From contig CM075988.1 of NCBI GenBank assembly GCA_038087875.1, forward strand, positions 26,724,001 through 26,788,000: DNA of 64,000 bases. Direction: 5' to 3'. The notes under the pieces are model-generated. The model was not told the origin of the DNA, did not search any database, and saw only the letters and a program-made list of their open reading frames with translations. The DNA comes from Malacoraja senta (taxonomy: Eukaryota). The position numbers were made by a program, and so were the translations under genes. Shown here piece after piece: positions 22,601 through 33,900 of the stretch. The first letter of the stretch is position 1. The number at the start of each line of letters is the position of its first letter.

Positions 22601-25146
22601 TGCTAACAGGCATAGTCTCAAGGGGCAGACTGGCCTTCTTCTAGGTCATAAAGAAGTTACTGGGGAAAAAAGTCTTACATTTAGAATTTGGAAGCGGCGT
22701 GGAAACAGGTCCTTCGGCCCACCGAGTCCCTGCCGACCAGTGATCACCCATACACCCAGAGAGTTGTGAATCTGTGGAATTCTCTGCCACAGAAGGCAGT
22801 GGAGGCCAATTCACTGGATGTTTTCAAGAGGGATTTAGCTCTTAGGGCTAACGGAATCAAGGGAGATGAGGAAAAAGCAGGAACGGAGTACTGATTTTGG
22901 ATGACCAGCCATGATCACATTGAATGGCGGTGCTGGCTGGAGGGGCCGAATGGCCTCCTCCTGCACCTATTGTCTATGTTTCTTTCCTGCACACCAGGGA
23001 CAATTTACAGAAGCCAAAAGCCTGCAAACCTGCACATCTTTGGAATGTGGGAAGAAACTGGAGCACCCTGAGAAAACCCACGCGGTCACAGGGAGAACGT
23101 ACCAACTCCGTACAGGCAGCACCCATGGTCAAGGTAGAACCTAGGTCTCTTGTGCTGTGAGGCAGCAGCTCTACTCACCGTGCCACCATGCCCCCCTAAA
23201 GGACGTTTCTAGAAGTCATTTTGTGTCCTTTTCAATTCTCAATGAAAGACTGTTGTGTAATCTAGACATTGTTGTAATACAGGAGGCAAAGCCAATTTGT
23301 ATAAACCAAAGAGACACAAAATGCTGGAGTAACTCAGCGGGACAGGCAGCATCTCTGGAGAGAAGGAATGGGTGACGTTTCGGGTCGAGACCCTTCTTCA
23401 GTCTATATAGCAAGTTCTCACACATATCAATGTCCAGCAATAACTAAATAATTGATTGTATCGGTCATAAACATAGATTTTTATCCAAAGTCGCTGGTAT
23501 TAAACACTCATACACTGTAGCAACTGTATTGTACACTGTTTCCAAACTTCAGTTCTATTTCTAACACACACTTCATTTTGTGTTTATTTAACATCTGTCG
23601 TCAATGTTGCAACTCCTTGTTTATTTTATTCACTATTTAATTCTTGAGGACTGAGGATCATAAACGATAGAGAGGTCACTTCATGTCATTAATTGAGCCA
23701 TCCAATGAATCCCACCGCCACGTCTTTGCCACGTAGCTCCGTCATATTAGTGACCTTTAAGCACTCACGCAATTCCTTTTCCAAAGTTTATCTTGAATTT
23801 GCTGTGATTGCCCTTTCAGGCAGAACATTTCAGACACCATCACCTCTGGTAAAACGATGGCTCTCGTTCCACTCAATCTCAATATTTTTCCACAGGTTTG
23901 TGGCGCTGGTTGTGCAGGTTTATTTAGAAGTCTATTTATCTTTCATTATTTAGTGACCATATCTGCCACAGTATCTCTGAAGCTGGAGTTTTAAAAATTA
24001 TTTTTGACACAAGATCAGCTAAAGTGGAAGGAAATAAAATTATTGTAATTTTGCAAAAATAATAATGGAATAAGTGAAGGTAGACAACAAATGCTGGAGA
24101 AACTCAGCGGGTGAGGCAGCACCTATGGAGAGAAGGAATAGGCAACGACGAGAGAAGTAATCGCCTATTCCTTCTCTCCATAGATGCTGCCTCACCCGCT
24201 GAGTTTCTCCAGCATTTTTTGTCTACCTTCAATTTTTGCAGCATCTGCAGTTCTTTCTTAAACAATGGAATAAGTGACTTCAAAGTGCTAGAAGTTAACT
24301 CCTGACACAGTTTAGAGACACACTTTAGAGAGAGTGTGAAAACAGGCCCTTGGGTCCACTGAGTCCACACCAACCAGCAATCGCCCCATGCAATAACAGT
24401 ATCCTACACACTTTACCGAAGCCAATTAACCTACAAACCTGCACGTCTTTGGAATGTGGGGAAAACTGGAGCACCCGGAGAAAACCATGCGGTCACAGGG
24501 AGAATGTACAAACTCCGTACAGACAGCACCCATAGTCAGGATTAAACCTGGGTCCCTGGCGCTGTGAGGCAGCAACTCTACCGCTGCACCACCGTGCCGC
24601 ACATTCTCCATAAATGAATAGGGTGGCCGAGGACCAGACGATGAAGAATAGCTTCTCGAGGAAGCTTTCAGAACGTGATTCAAAGTATCAGCTTTAAGGA
24701 TCATCTCCTGAAATGCATCAAAGATATCACAGGAAGGAACTGACGAGCTTACTTCTTGAAAAACTACTTCCATCCTGATAGAAAACATGATTGTATGTCG
24801 GTTGTTGGCTTTTATCAGGTAACTCCACCAACGACCAATGACAGCAAAATCTGTGTGAATTTTAGATTATGCATTGGATCTTGACACAAGTTGATCACCT
24901 TGGTTCATATTGCCCAGTATAGTGACATATTGGCTTCAGCAGGGCAGCAATTTATATTACAAGACCTATCTCAAGGTACAAGCTCGATACTGTACCAAAG
25001 AAGAGATGGGGGTGGGATGGAAGTTTGAGAGAGACAGTCATCTACATACACAAGTTCACAAGAGCAACAAAGATCAACCTACCTCCAGAAGAGAGCAAAG
25101 CATTGAGAACTATGGGCACAACTGCCCAGGATATGTGGAAGCTCAT
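10404..25146 (-). CDS. HTR3A: 5-hydroxytryptamine receptor 3A, 9 coding exons, 468 aa: join(25146-25083, 22508-22363, 21743-21699, 20564-20455, 18906-18737, 16446-16277, 15165-14955, 14651-14442, 10684-10404)
   Basis: All introns GT-AG with compatible phases; total 1407 nt. Signal peptide, [15 protein letters not shown], Cys-loop [16 protein letters not shown]2 [34 protein letters not shown] helix IRQFLEKR and M4 are all 5-HT3A-diagnostic. Confidence 0.96.
11480..11690 (-). mobile_element. Old, decayed Deu-domain-like SINE remnant
   Basis: Motifs resemble the DeuSINE/SacSINE central domain (AGTGCC..., CATCCACCTGA, TTGGTTT, GGCACCT); recognised by eye only. Confidence 0.4.
12240..12470 (-). 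mobile_element. tRNA-derived SINE (HE1/V-SINE-like), decayed
   Basis: CACAGGGAGAACGTGCAAACTCCAGACAGACAGCA ... GCTGTGAGGCAG shared with the other copies. Confidence 0.7.
12527..13605 (+). mobile_element. CR1-clade LINE (HER1-like), 5'-truncated, RT C-terminal half; antisense in HTR3A intron 8
   Basis: [26 protein letters not shown] (FADD variant), one in-frame TAG at 12770, then a 244-aa ORF with [14 protein letters not shown] and [11 protein letters not shown]; 3' UTR and A-rich tail. Confidence 0.95.
14442..14651 (-). CDS. HTR3A: HTR3A exon 8 (M3 and start of intracellular loop)
   Basis: 210 nt, phase 1-1; [30 protein letters not shown]; donor gtaagt. Confidence 0.95.
14955..15165 (-). CDS. 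HTR3A: HTR3A exon 7 (M1-M2)
   Basis: 211 nt; [18 protein letters not shown]...[16 protein letters not shown]...GTPLIG; donor gtgagt. Confidence 0.97.
15222..15520 (-). mobile_element. tRNA-derived SINE (HE1/V-SINE-like), near full length
   Basis: Minus-strand head GTGGCACAGCGGTTAG, B-box-like GGGTTCAATCC, V-domain-like body, (TAAAC)n tail. Confidence 0.85.
16277..16446 (-). CDS. HTR3A: HTR3A exon 6 (loops F and C)
   Basis: 170 nt, phase 1-0; [30 protein letters not shown]...YAEMRFY; donor gtaagt. Confidence 0.95.
16467..16638. repeat. 25-bp minisatellite, about 7 copies (CCATTGCAGCACCAATATCAGAACA)
   Basis: Units at 16467, 16492 and onward; near-identical copies. Confidence 0.95.
17225..17780 (+). 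mobile_element. Old CR1-type LINE 3' fragment
   Basis: Decayed CACTTGGAATATTGTGCGCAGTTCTGG (HLEYCxQFW) and downstream CR1 3' motifs. Confidence 0.8.
18737..18906 (-). CDS. HTR3A: HTR3A exon 5 (loop E, Cys-loop, loop B)
   Basis: 170 nt, phase 2-1; [14 protein letters not shown]...[25 protein letters not shown]; donor gtaagt. Confidence 0.97.
18955..19160. mobile_element. Palindromic (inverted-repeat) Penelope-derived element
   Basis: Arm AGACACAAAAAGCTGGAGTAACTCAGCGGGACAGGCAGCATCTCTGGAGAGAAGGA followed by its reverse complement. Confidence 0.8.
20455..20564 (-). CDS. HTR3A: HTR3A exon 4 (loop A)
   Basis: 110 nt; [37 protein letters not shown]; cag acceptor, gtaagt donor; not in the ORF track. 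Confidence 0.96.
20721..20846 (-). mobile_element. Short retroposon (SINE-like) with HDV-like ribozyme head, copy 2
   Basis: TSD ATTAATAA(C/T)ATC at about 20711-20722 and 20847-20858; (AAG)n tail; near-identical to 7101-7222. Confidence 0.85.
20793..20846 (-). ncRNA. Minimal HDV-like ribozyme motif (predicted fold, activity untested)
   Basis: P1 GGGGUGG/CCGUCCU, P2 GAUUGCA/UGCAAUC, P3 ACC/GGU, L3 UUCACGU, J4/2 C-GAA in the canonical nested order; G1 coincides with the element boundary. Confidence 0.7.
21123..21507. mobile_element. MITE / non-autonomous DNA transposon with ~150-bp terminal inverted repeats
   Basis: Starts GGCCCTGTCCCACTTTCCCGAGCTGCTCAC, ends GTGAGCAGCTTGGGAAAGTGGGACAGGGCC; TTAA on both sides (21119-21122, 21508-21511). 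Confidence 0.92.
21699..21743 (-). CDS. HTR3A: HTR3A exon 3 (loop D)
   Basis: 45 nt, [15 protein letters not shown]; gcag acceptor, gtaaga donor. Confidence 0.97.
21823..22045. repeat. 14-bp (GTGTGCGTGTGTCA)n / TG-rich tandem repeat
   Basis: Direct reading. Confidence 0.95.
22199..22268. repeat. Short ~15-bp G-rich tandem repeat (GGCGCGTGGGGGTTCA-like), about 4 copies
   Basis: Direct reading. Confidence 0.8.
22363..22508 (-). CDS. HTR3A: HTR3A exon 2
   Basis: 146 nt, phase 1-0; [37 protein letters not shown]; donor gtaggt. Confidence 0.94.
22690..23192. mobile_element. HE1-like SINE (minus) interrupted by a CR1 3' fragment (plus, about 22752-22980)
   Basis: SINE tail 22690-22750 and head 22990-23192 flank a [15 protein letters not shown]1 end. 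Confidence 0.75.
24075..24265. mobile_element. Palindromic Penelope-derived element, flanked by direct repeat AATGGAATAAGTGA
   Basis: Inverted arms AATGCTGGAGAAACTCAGCGGGTGAGGCAGCA and TGCTGCCTCACCCGCTGAGTTTCTCCAGCATT; AATGGAATAAGTGA at about 24064 and 24264. Confidence 0.8.
24330..24600 (-). mobile_element. tRNA-derived SINE (HE1/V-SINE-like)
   Basis: Minus-strand head GCGGCACGGTGGTGCAGCGGTAGAGTTGCTGCCTCACAGCGCCAGGGACCC. Confidence 0.85.
25083..25146 (-). CDS. HTR3A: HTR3A exon 1 coding part (signal peptide [21 protein letters not shown])
   Basis: ATG context gtcaacATGA, hydrophobic core, phase-1 donor G|gtaggt matching exon 2; best candidate found between exon 2 and HTR3B. Confidence 0.8.
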
Positions 25147-26853
25147 GTTGACTCTTGTACCTCTTGTAAGTCAGTGATTCTGAAGTCTAAAGGCAGATGT
25201 TTCAGTCGGGCAGTGAGCTGGAGGTCCACCCACATCTGTTCAGGACAAAGGCAGTCTCCTAATCCCGATTCTTCATTAAAAGTGACTTTAACCCAACCCA
25301 CGAGTGACTTCTGAAGAAGGGTCTCAACCCAAAACGTCACCCATTCCTTCTCTCCAGAGATGCTGCCTGTCCCGCTGAGTTCCTCCAGTTATTTGTGTCT
25401 GTCCATGAGTAACTTTGTTCCTCTGCTCCCCTAGTGTTTATGGAGCGGCTGGTGATTAAAGGCTCATGTAATCAGATGTACAGGACCTCAGTGTTGGGTT
25501 TCAGCCAGTATTACTAGCTGATGTCATCTCTGTAGCACCATCCAGCTTCAAGCTCCCTGCCCACAGAGTGAGTGAGTCACCATCTCAACATCAGAATCCT
25601 AGAAAACTTCAAATTGATCAAAATAAATAGCAGATGACCCTGGACATGCTTTGATTTAAGAAAGTGGCAATTTATTAGAGGAATGTAATGCTCTAAAATG
25701 GGATCTGTATTTAGTTTAGAGGGTTTTACAAATTGGATGATTGATTATATACTAAAAGTGTTTGTGGTTCAGGATCGTAGCTTAGTCGTTGCTGCCATTT
25801 AGTGAAGTGGAAACATTTCACTCTTGCCTACACGAGTGTCATTCTCTTCCTCACACGTTAGCCTCTACTGATGGACACCTTTAACTCACCAATGTCATCT
25901 TATCATTGTCAATGACTTACTGGTTGTACAAAATATTTGCAACACGTTACATTACAAAGATGTCTTACAACCTTTGAGTCACCATCATTGCCTTATTACA
26001 CATCAATGATTTGATATTACAATGATTTTTGCAACAGTGAAAAAGTTTACACGTCTGATCTCTCTGGTGATCAGTTAGATTGTTGAGCAACTTATCAGTG
26101 AGGTGGCAACAGGGAAATGTAATCCACATTTCCACTTGCCTGCTAATGGCCAGTCTGTGTATGTCCCAGAGTTTGCTCAACACTATAATGTATTATAAAG
26201 GAGCAATTTGGTATTGAGTTTCACCCAGAGAAGGGAAATGCAATGAGGCATGTTTATCCGGTTCTACGCTGCACTACATATTCTCCCAAAGGAATCTTTC
26301 CCCTCAGGCTAGAAGCAATCAAGTCTGCAAACAGTTGGGTCAGATGACTTACAGATAATTTATTTAGTTGTTCAGCTGTAAGTGAATCTTATTAAAGTGA
26401 ACGGAAATAAGATTGGGATGCTGATGAACTGCTGTTGGCAGTGAGATTCGTGGACTAACAAAATAACATGTTAGGAAAAACAATATTAATTTAATTTATT
26501 TCAATGTGACTCTTTGAGATATTTCATTATCAATAAGACAGGGAAGCTATGATATGAATGGAAGATTTATTATCTTTTAAGTGAGATATTAAAACATTCT
26601 CTTTCATTCTCGCCTGATAATTTAACCTCGTAGTTCCTGGTCTGCTATAGACATGCTGGCGCCATAAACCTGTGCAAACTGGCACAAACCAGCACAAATC
26701 AGCGTAAACCAGTGTAATCCTGCATATACCAGCGTTAACCAGCATATACCAGCGAAAACCTGCTGGCAGCGTAAAGCTAACGTGTTTGCTTCTTTGTAAA
26801 ATTATGAAATGTCCTGCAAAGTTGTATGTGCCTGAATATCTAGCACAGGTATA

Positions 26854-27008
26854 GAGCTGCTGGTGTCTGCCACAGTGCTGCAGGAGCTGCTGGTGTCTGC
26901 CGCAGTGCTGCAGGAGCTGCTGGTGTCTGCTGCAGGAGCTGCTGGTGTTTGCCGCAGTGCTGCAGGAGCTGCTGGTGTCTGCTGCAGGAGCTGCTGGTGT
27001 CTGCCACA
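26854..27008. repeat. Compound tandem repeat (GAGCTGCTGGTGTCTGCCGCAGTGCTGCAG with shorter variants)
   Basis: Direct reading; it produces the spurious QQLLQHCG ORFs. Confidence 0.9.
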
Positions 27009-29269
27009 GGGCTGCGGGAGGTGACTTTGGTGCTTGGTAACAGCAATGATGTCCAGTCACCTGAGGTCTCTGTAATTGCTGACTATGGACATCAGCTGGG
27101 CTGCAGATTGCATTTGGGGGAACGTTACCCCCTCTTCTGAAGCTAACCGCTAAGTCTCTGCCTCCCCCCTGCCTTGATCTCATGTGAATTCCCTGTTTCA
27201 CTCAAGCTCTGATTGCCAGGCCTCCAGCTGCCAATGCCACCAGCCTGCAAGTCTTTTCATACATTACTGGGCGGCAGAGAGTGCAGCGGGTAGGGTGTGA
27301 TTGTGACCTTGGGTGCTGTCTGTGTGGAGTTTGCACCTTCTCCCTGTGACTGTGTGGGTTTCCTCCCACATGCCAAAGATGTGTAGGTTTGTAGGTTGAT
27401 TGGCCCTCTGTAAATTGCTCCCAGTGTGTAGGGAATGGATGCAAAAGTGGGATAACATAGAACTAGTATGAACGGGTGATCGATGGTCAGCATGGACACG
27501 ATGGGCCGAAGGGCCACAGATGCTGCTTGACCCGACACTGAGTTCCTCCAGCACATTCTTTTTTTTACTAAATGTTCAATATTAGTCAATTATCCTGAAG
27601 GATTCTTAAACAGTGGAAATTGATCTTCCCTTCAAGAGACAGGTGATACAAGTGGTAAACCAGGTAAGTGGGGACTGAGCGAATCAAAGCTAAATAGATT
27701 AAAACCAGAGAGAAGTACGTTGAGGTCATCTGGATTTCAATCTAAATTCATTTTACGGTAAAGCTAATGAGTAGCTTCTGGTAAATGAGGAGCAACAGGC
27801 CAAGATATTATGTAGGTGGCGACGAGGTTCCATTAGGTCGAACAGAACCCAGTTACCACACACCTGCCATGTTGAATCTGAGCTGATTGGCGCCACGTTG
27901 GGTCGAGTGCACCATCTCGGGACGCCACAAGGGGACAAATTTAATTCTCCAGGGATTTGGTTGTGCTCATGAGGGTAAATGTTTTAGAACATGGAACAGT
28001 ACAGCACAGGTACAGGCCCTTCGGCCCACAATGTCGGTGCTGAACCTGATTCCAAGTCAAACTAATCTCATTCCCTGGAACCTTATACATTTGAAAGGTA
28101 GCATCAGAAGTTGGACAGATTTGGACACAAAATGCTGTAGTAACTCAGCGGGTCAGGCAACATCTCTGGAGAACATGGATAGGTGACATTTCACATGGTC
28201 TGGGAGCAGAATTAGGCCATTTGGCCCATCAAGTCTACTCCATTCAATCATGGCTGATCTATCTTTCCCTCTCAACCCCTTTCTTCTGCCTTACCCACAT
28301 AACCCCTATCACCCGTACTAATCAAGTATCTGTCAATCTCTGCCTTAAAAATACCCAATGACTTGTCCTCCACAGCCTTCTCCTGCAAGGGATGCAGATT
28401 TGAATAATCTTTATGAGATTGCCCACAGTGGTTGCCTCTATCCAAACAATTCTTCAAGTGCTGAGAATTTCAAAGGGTTCGGTGTGTAGAGGAGCCTGGA
28501 TTTCCTACAGCTGATGATACTAAGTTAAAGGAAAGTATGAGGAGTGGGATATAGACAGGTTAACTGAATGAGCAAGGATATGGCAGCAAGAATGTACAGT
28601 AAAAGATGTGACCTGCAACTTGGGTACCATCACAACATTTAAGAAACATTTGGACAGGTACATGGGCAGGACAGGTTTAGACGGATATTGAACAAACACA
28701 GGCAGGTAGGACTAGTGTAGATGGGACATGTTGGTCGGCGTGGACAAGTTGTAAACTCAAACTCACCAGAGATCCCTGACCTGGGGAAAAGCTCTACATA
28801 AATGCTAGTGTTTTCTTCTCTTTGCTCCTTACTTTTTATCGAATTGCATCATCTCCTCATCCATCTATTCTCAAAGATGTGAAAATAAGTCAGCTGTTTG
28901 TCTTCCTTGGTCTCTTCATTCCCCTGTGATCTCAGGAATTGCTGTTGACCAGTCCCTGCATTCTGCCAATACTGGTGGCTGTTTAATACACACCTCTGTC
29001 GCTCAGATAGAAGTCAGAAAAACAGTTTTATTTATTTCAGAACAGCATGTTTATTATGCCATGTATATTCAGCGTTCACAATGGTGTACATGCAGATATA
29101 TCATTTGTTGGTCATAGTGACACAGGAATGACACAAGGTGAAAGTTCAAATCCATATTTGCAATCGCGACAAGCATGAGGGTCCCAGGATGCAGCTTACA
29201 CCAATGAGGTCTCTGGCGTCGCTTGCCAGAGAAACCCAGGTACACAGTCAGTGCAGTCAGAACCAGTGG

Positions 29270-29545
29270 TCATAGGTTAAAGGTGAGAGGGAAAAGATTT
29301 CATAGGAATCTGAGGGACAACTTTTTCATACATAGTGGGGGTGGGTATATAGAATGAGCTGCCAGAGGAGATAGTTGAGGCAGAAGCTATAACAACATTT
29401 AAAAGACATTTGTACAAGTGCATGGATACAAAAAGTGTGATGTGGGCCAAATGTGGGCAGGTGGGACTAGTGTAGATGGGACATCTTGGTCGGCATGGGC
29501 AAGGTGGGCCGAAGGGCCTGATTCCATGCTGTGTCACTCTATGAC
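29270..29545 (+). mobile_element. CR1-type LINE 3' end
   Basis: AAGGTGAGAGGGAAAAGATTT...GAGCTGCCAGAGGAGATAGTTGAGGCAG...GGGCCGAAGGGCCTG tail. Confidence 0.8.
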
Positions 29546-30625
29546 TTGTACTTTTATAAAAGCTCTTTCCACATCTGATTTGAAATCGTTGTACTTTTGT
29601 ACTGTTGAAACTGCTCCATTGGGTTAAGTGTTGATTCCATCTGCACCTCGATCATCAGTAGGGTTAGGGTCACTCTCTGGCACAGTGGAGGGGAATGAAG
29701 AAGTGTGGAGCAGTCAATAGAAATGACAAAAAATCTTGGGTCAAAGCATTTATCTCTGTTTCATTCATATATTTCCAGGTCTACTGTGAATCTTCAGGGT
29801 TTGTAATTATTTTAACCCCAATTCAGCTATTTTCAAGCAGAAGAAAGTTTTTGAATGGTTTAGAGTGTATTTATTTGGATGTGCAGATCTTGTTGAAGCA
29901 GCCGACTTTATACTGAGCAGTTACCATGCAGTAAATATTATCTCATAGTGCTAAATGTTGTTATATAGATCTGAAAGTATTTTGGGATTTTCCCATGATA
30001 ATAGGAAGTTAGATGCTTAACTCAGAATGTACATTCCATGCTGCTAAATGTGGCCAGCTTAGACATTGGACATCTAAACTTAGAAGCTGCTTGCACAGCC
30101 TGCAAGCTCTCTGTTTGGGAGGCTTTGTATACTTTGCCAGCTGAGAAGTGCTGGAATTAGGAACAGCTCCAGGGGCCAGTAATGGATTTCACAGATGATA
30201 ATGCTGATGTTGTTTCACACTACACAAAGCTGTTCAGCTTGTCGTATCATTCTGGTTAATCCCCAAAAGAGTACAAACATCACAGCAAATCCTAGATTTG
30301 GTACCATCTTGTCAGGGAATATGGAATCTACAGGGGTGGGGTGGAGGCAGGTACAATCGCAGCATTCAAGAGGTTCTTAAGACAGGCAAGTGGATCTGCA
30401 GGGAAGGGAGAGATATGGACTTGTACAGGCAGAAGTGTTTAGTTTAACTGGGATTTATGTTCTCACGGATATTGCGAGCTGAAGGGCTGTGTTTTATATT
30501 CTATGTACTAATCTACCTCACTAAAGGAGCTGCTTTAATGACCTAAACCACAAGAGGGCTAGTTTCACTACAAGGTTCAGATGGGGAGGTTTTTGTGGGT
30601 GAAGGATCAACCTGTGTGGTGAATC

Positions 30626-30909
30626 TTAGGGGTAGCTCCATATCAGCCAGAGGGTGGTCATGGTAAGAGTGTAACCTGCAAGGACCACCAGATACACGAG
30701 GAACAGGAAGCGATCGAGTCTGTAACAGAACGCCAACCATTCATTCTTGGGATTGCTGTCCACATCCAGATTGTGAAGGCAGAGCATGATTGAAGAGATC
30801 TCCTCCTGTAGCTCTTCCAGCGGCAACCTCCTGCGCTGGAGACCGCGGCTCTCTGTCTCCAGATGCTCCTCTTCCTGCTGGACGCCAGCTTCAGGGTCAC
30901 TCACAGAAA
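30626..30909 (-). CDS. HTR3B: HTR3B exon 9 (MA helix, M4, stop)
   Basis: EEISSIMLCLHNLDVDSNPKNEWLAFCYRLDRFLFLVYLV...LWLIWSYP stop; phase-1 acceptor aag at 30911-30910 after a pyrimidine tract. Confidence 0.85.
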
Positions 30910-33900
30910 CTTTACCAAGAGGAGACATAACAGGAACAGACGTAAGTCCTTAAGCTATTCAATTACAACGTTGCTAATCTCTATCTTAACTCCATTGGTC
31001 TGAGTAACTAAGATCTGTCAAATTCACTTCTGAAACGTTCAATTGCAATGCGGTCTCAGCGGCCGTCTGTGGTGGGACCTCACCCCCATGGAATGAAGGA
31101 GTCCTTCCTCACACCATCACTAAACACTGCAGAAATTGTAGATCTGAAATGAAAACAGAAAATGGTGGAAGCACCCAGCGGGTCAGGTGGCAACATGTGT
31201 GGAGAGAGAATGGGGAAAATGTTTCAGTTCAATGATGTTCACTGGATGGAGAAAAAGTAGAATTGGGACATGTATTAACTTGTGGGGGGGGGGGGGGCAG
31301 TAGAATCGGGACATGTATTAACTTGGGGGGGGGCAGTAGAATTGGGACATGTATTAACTTGGGGGGGGGGCAGTAGAATTGGGACATGTATTAACTTGAG
31401 GGGGAGGGGCAGTAGAATCGGGACATGTATTAACTTGGGGCGGAGGCTGGGGGAGAGGGGGAGTAGAATTGGGACATGTATTAACTTGAGGGGAAGGGGC
31501 AGTAGAATCGGGACATGTATTCACTTAGGGGGGGGTAGAATTGGGACATGTATTAACTTGGGGCGGGGCTGGGGGGGAAGGTTGCTGAAGTATGTGTGAA
31601 TCGTGCATGTTGGGATCAGGGGCAGGGTGGTGTTTCACATCCTGGCCTTTGATGGGGAGCTTGGACAGTCATTGGTTGGGGGTTCACTCTGTTTCTGTCT
31701 CTGCGGATGCTGCCTCGAAGGGCCGAAGGGCCTGCTCCTGCACCTATTGTCTATTGCCTGGCCCACTGTGTGTTTCCAGCATTTCCTGGATTTGTTTTAG
31801 CTTCTCAGCATCTGATTTTCAATTCATGGTCTGCTTTTCTCTTTCCCACAGATGCTGTCTTGTCTGCTGTACAAACCTCATATTATCCTTAACTTCAGAT
31901 ATCCAGCAAGCAATGTGTTCTGGATCACACACTTCCTGCATTCTTTTATTCATTAGTTTTTCTCTCTTTTCTGCATCTATGTACATGTGCTCTGGGCAAA
32001 TCAGTTGCTATCTTCAAGACTTGAACCCTCTCTCTCAGTTGATACCAACATGTACCATCCAACCTTGATCTTCAGTTGATTCCAGATATTCCACTTAAGG
32101 AATGATGCCCGGTAAAAATGGTGGCGGAAGGAATGTTGCCACCTCTGACCTTTGCAGAAGAAAGGTGCCACTGCTGGCAACTAGTATGGAAAGGGAACTG
32201 ACCAGGATGAGAATGTTCTCTAAAGCATGGCTCCTTACGCCTACCATCACTGTTCCTTCCTCTGGTCTCCAGCGATGGGCACGGGCTCTCACTGGTGCTC
32301 TGGCGGGAGAGGCAGCTGTTGGCCTTAAAGCAGATTGGTTCTGCATCCTCATTCATGTTCACAAGCTGTACGATAAAGATGGACTCAGCTAAGCTGATGA
32401 CGAGCAGAGCCATGCAGACAGCAAAGAACACGCCTGTGGAAGAGCAGATCACCATAATGGTCACCTCAACAGACCAGGGCATGACTACCACACTTACATC
32501 TAACATTGTATGTATTCATGTTCTCTGCTGGCACACATCACATACTGTTCTGAATACAAACAGATGTCAAGGCACCCGATTATGTCCATTATTTATTCTT
32601 TAATCATTATGTTTTGATTGGATTATCCTCTTGGTTGAAGCTTACTGTATGCAAATCATTATTACAATAATAAATAACAATTCAGAAATACTTTATAAAT
32701 ACAAAGCAATGTCTTTGTTCATGCTAACACTATTTCCCTTTCTCCGCATGGTTCAAGCTAACTTGTTCATATTCAATTCAATAGTTTTTATCATGACATG
32801 TACCGAGGTACAGTGAAATTCTTTTCACTAGGTAAATACAATCCCAGATTAAGTACAAAGTGTGGAGAAACTGAGACCGTACACAAGAGTCGGCAGGTTT
32901 TAGACATTTGCAAAGTCCAAACTTGCCGTAAAGGCCGGTTGCAGCTGCCACCTCACGGTTTATTTTGGATTAAAGGCTGAGAGATCGAGACGGAGTGGGA
33001 GATTGTCTGGAGAAGTGTAACGGTGGGGCTGGGAATAGAATGTGCTTTGTCATGGAACAGGCGGGTGGAATGGAGGGTGGGGGTGGATCTCATCAGTAAA
33101 CACATCCACCTTTAGGCCTATACTCGGCAGCAATCTAAGGCCAGTGAATCACAGTCATTTCACTAACCACAAGTAGCCCTTGCATTCCTCTCTTTCTCTC
33201 TCTCTCTCTTGGTCCCTCCCCCACCCTAGCTATCCTGCTAGTTTCACTGATCATATTCCCCTCGTTATCACCTCCTCCACAGCCAACAATGGACCATTGT
33301 GGGCTCCTTAGCCATATGTGCCAGCTGTGATTTGTTCTGTACATTTTCTTACTTCTAGTTTCCCTCTCCCCTGACTCTGTCTGAAGAAGGGTCTCGACCT
33401 GAAGCGTCACCTATTCCTTCTCTCCAGAGATGCTGCCTGATCCGCTGAGTTACTCCAGCACTTTGTGTCAATCTTCAGTATTTCTTACATTGTATTGAAA
33501 TAAAGCCACATGGCCTTCAATATTTTTTCCAACCTGCTTCCTGGGAGCAGATTATTTGCCCACACTCATTAAGCAACAGCACCAGCAGTTTGAGGCATGA
33601 CGTTTTTACCTTATCCAGCCCCAACATCCATCTTCAGAGCATTAAAACAACCCAGTTTCTTTTCAGAAATGCGACTCAATCTGCTGAATGTATTTTTCAG
33701 TATTTCATCCACTCATTTCACCCCATCATTAGAAGTTAATTTGAACCAAGGTGTCAGAAATAGAGCATTAAAAATTAGCCCTGTAGCAAGGTCCTTCTGA
33801 TTGTAGCTGTCTAGTGTTATTTAGTTCCCAATGTTGATACTAAGCTCAATACAGGGGCAATGTGGGGATGATTAGATGCTGTCCCTGGCAGTGACTCTGA

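Noticed and set aside
26530..27201. 223-aa ORF with QQLLQHCG repeats
   Set aside because: Its length comes from a stop-free tandem repeat; no recognisable domain or splice structure.
31257..31580. CRISPR-like pattern: constant 26-bp core with variable linkers
   Set aside because: Linkers are short G-runs related to each other, the context is a vertebrate intron and there are no cas genes; it is a minisatellite.
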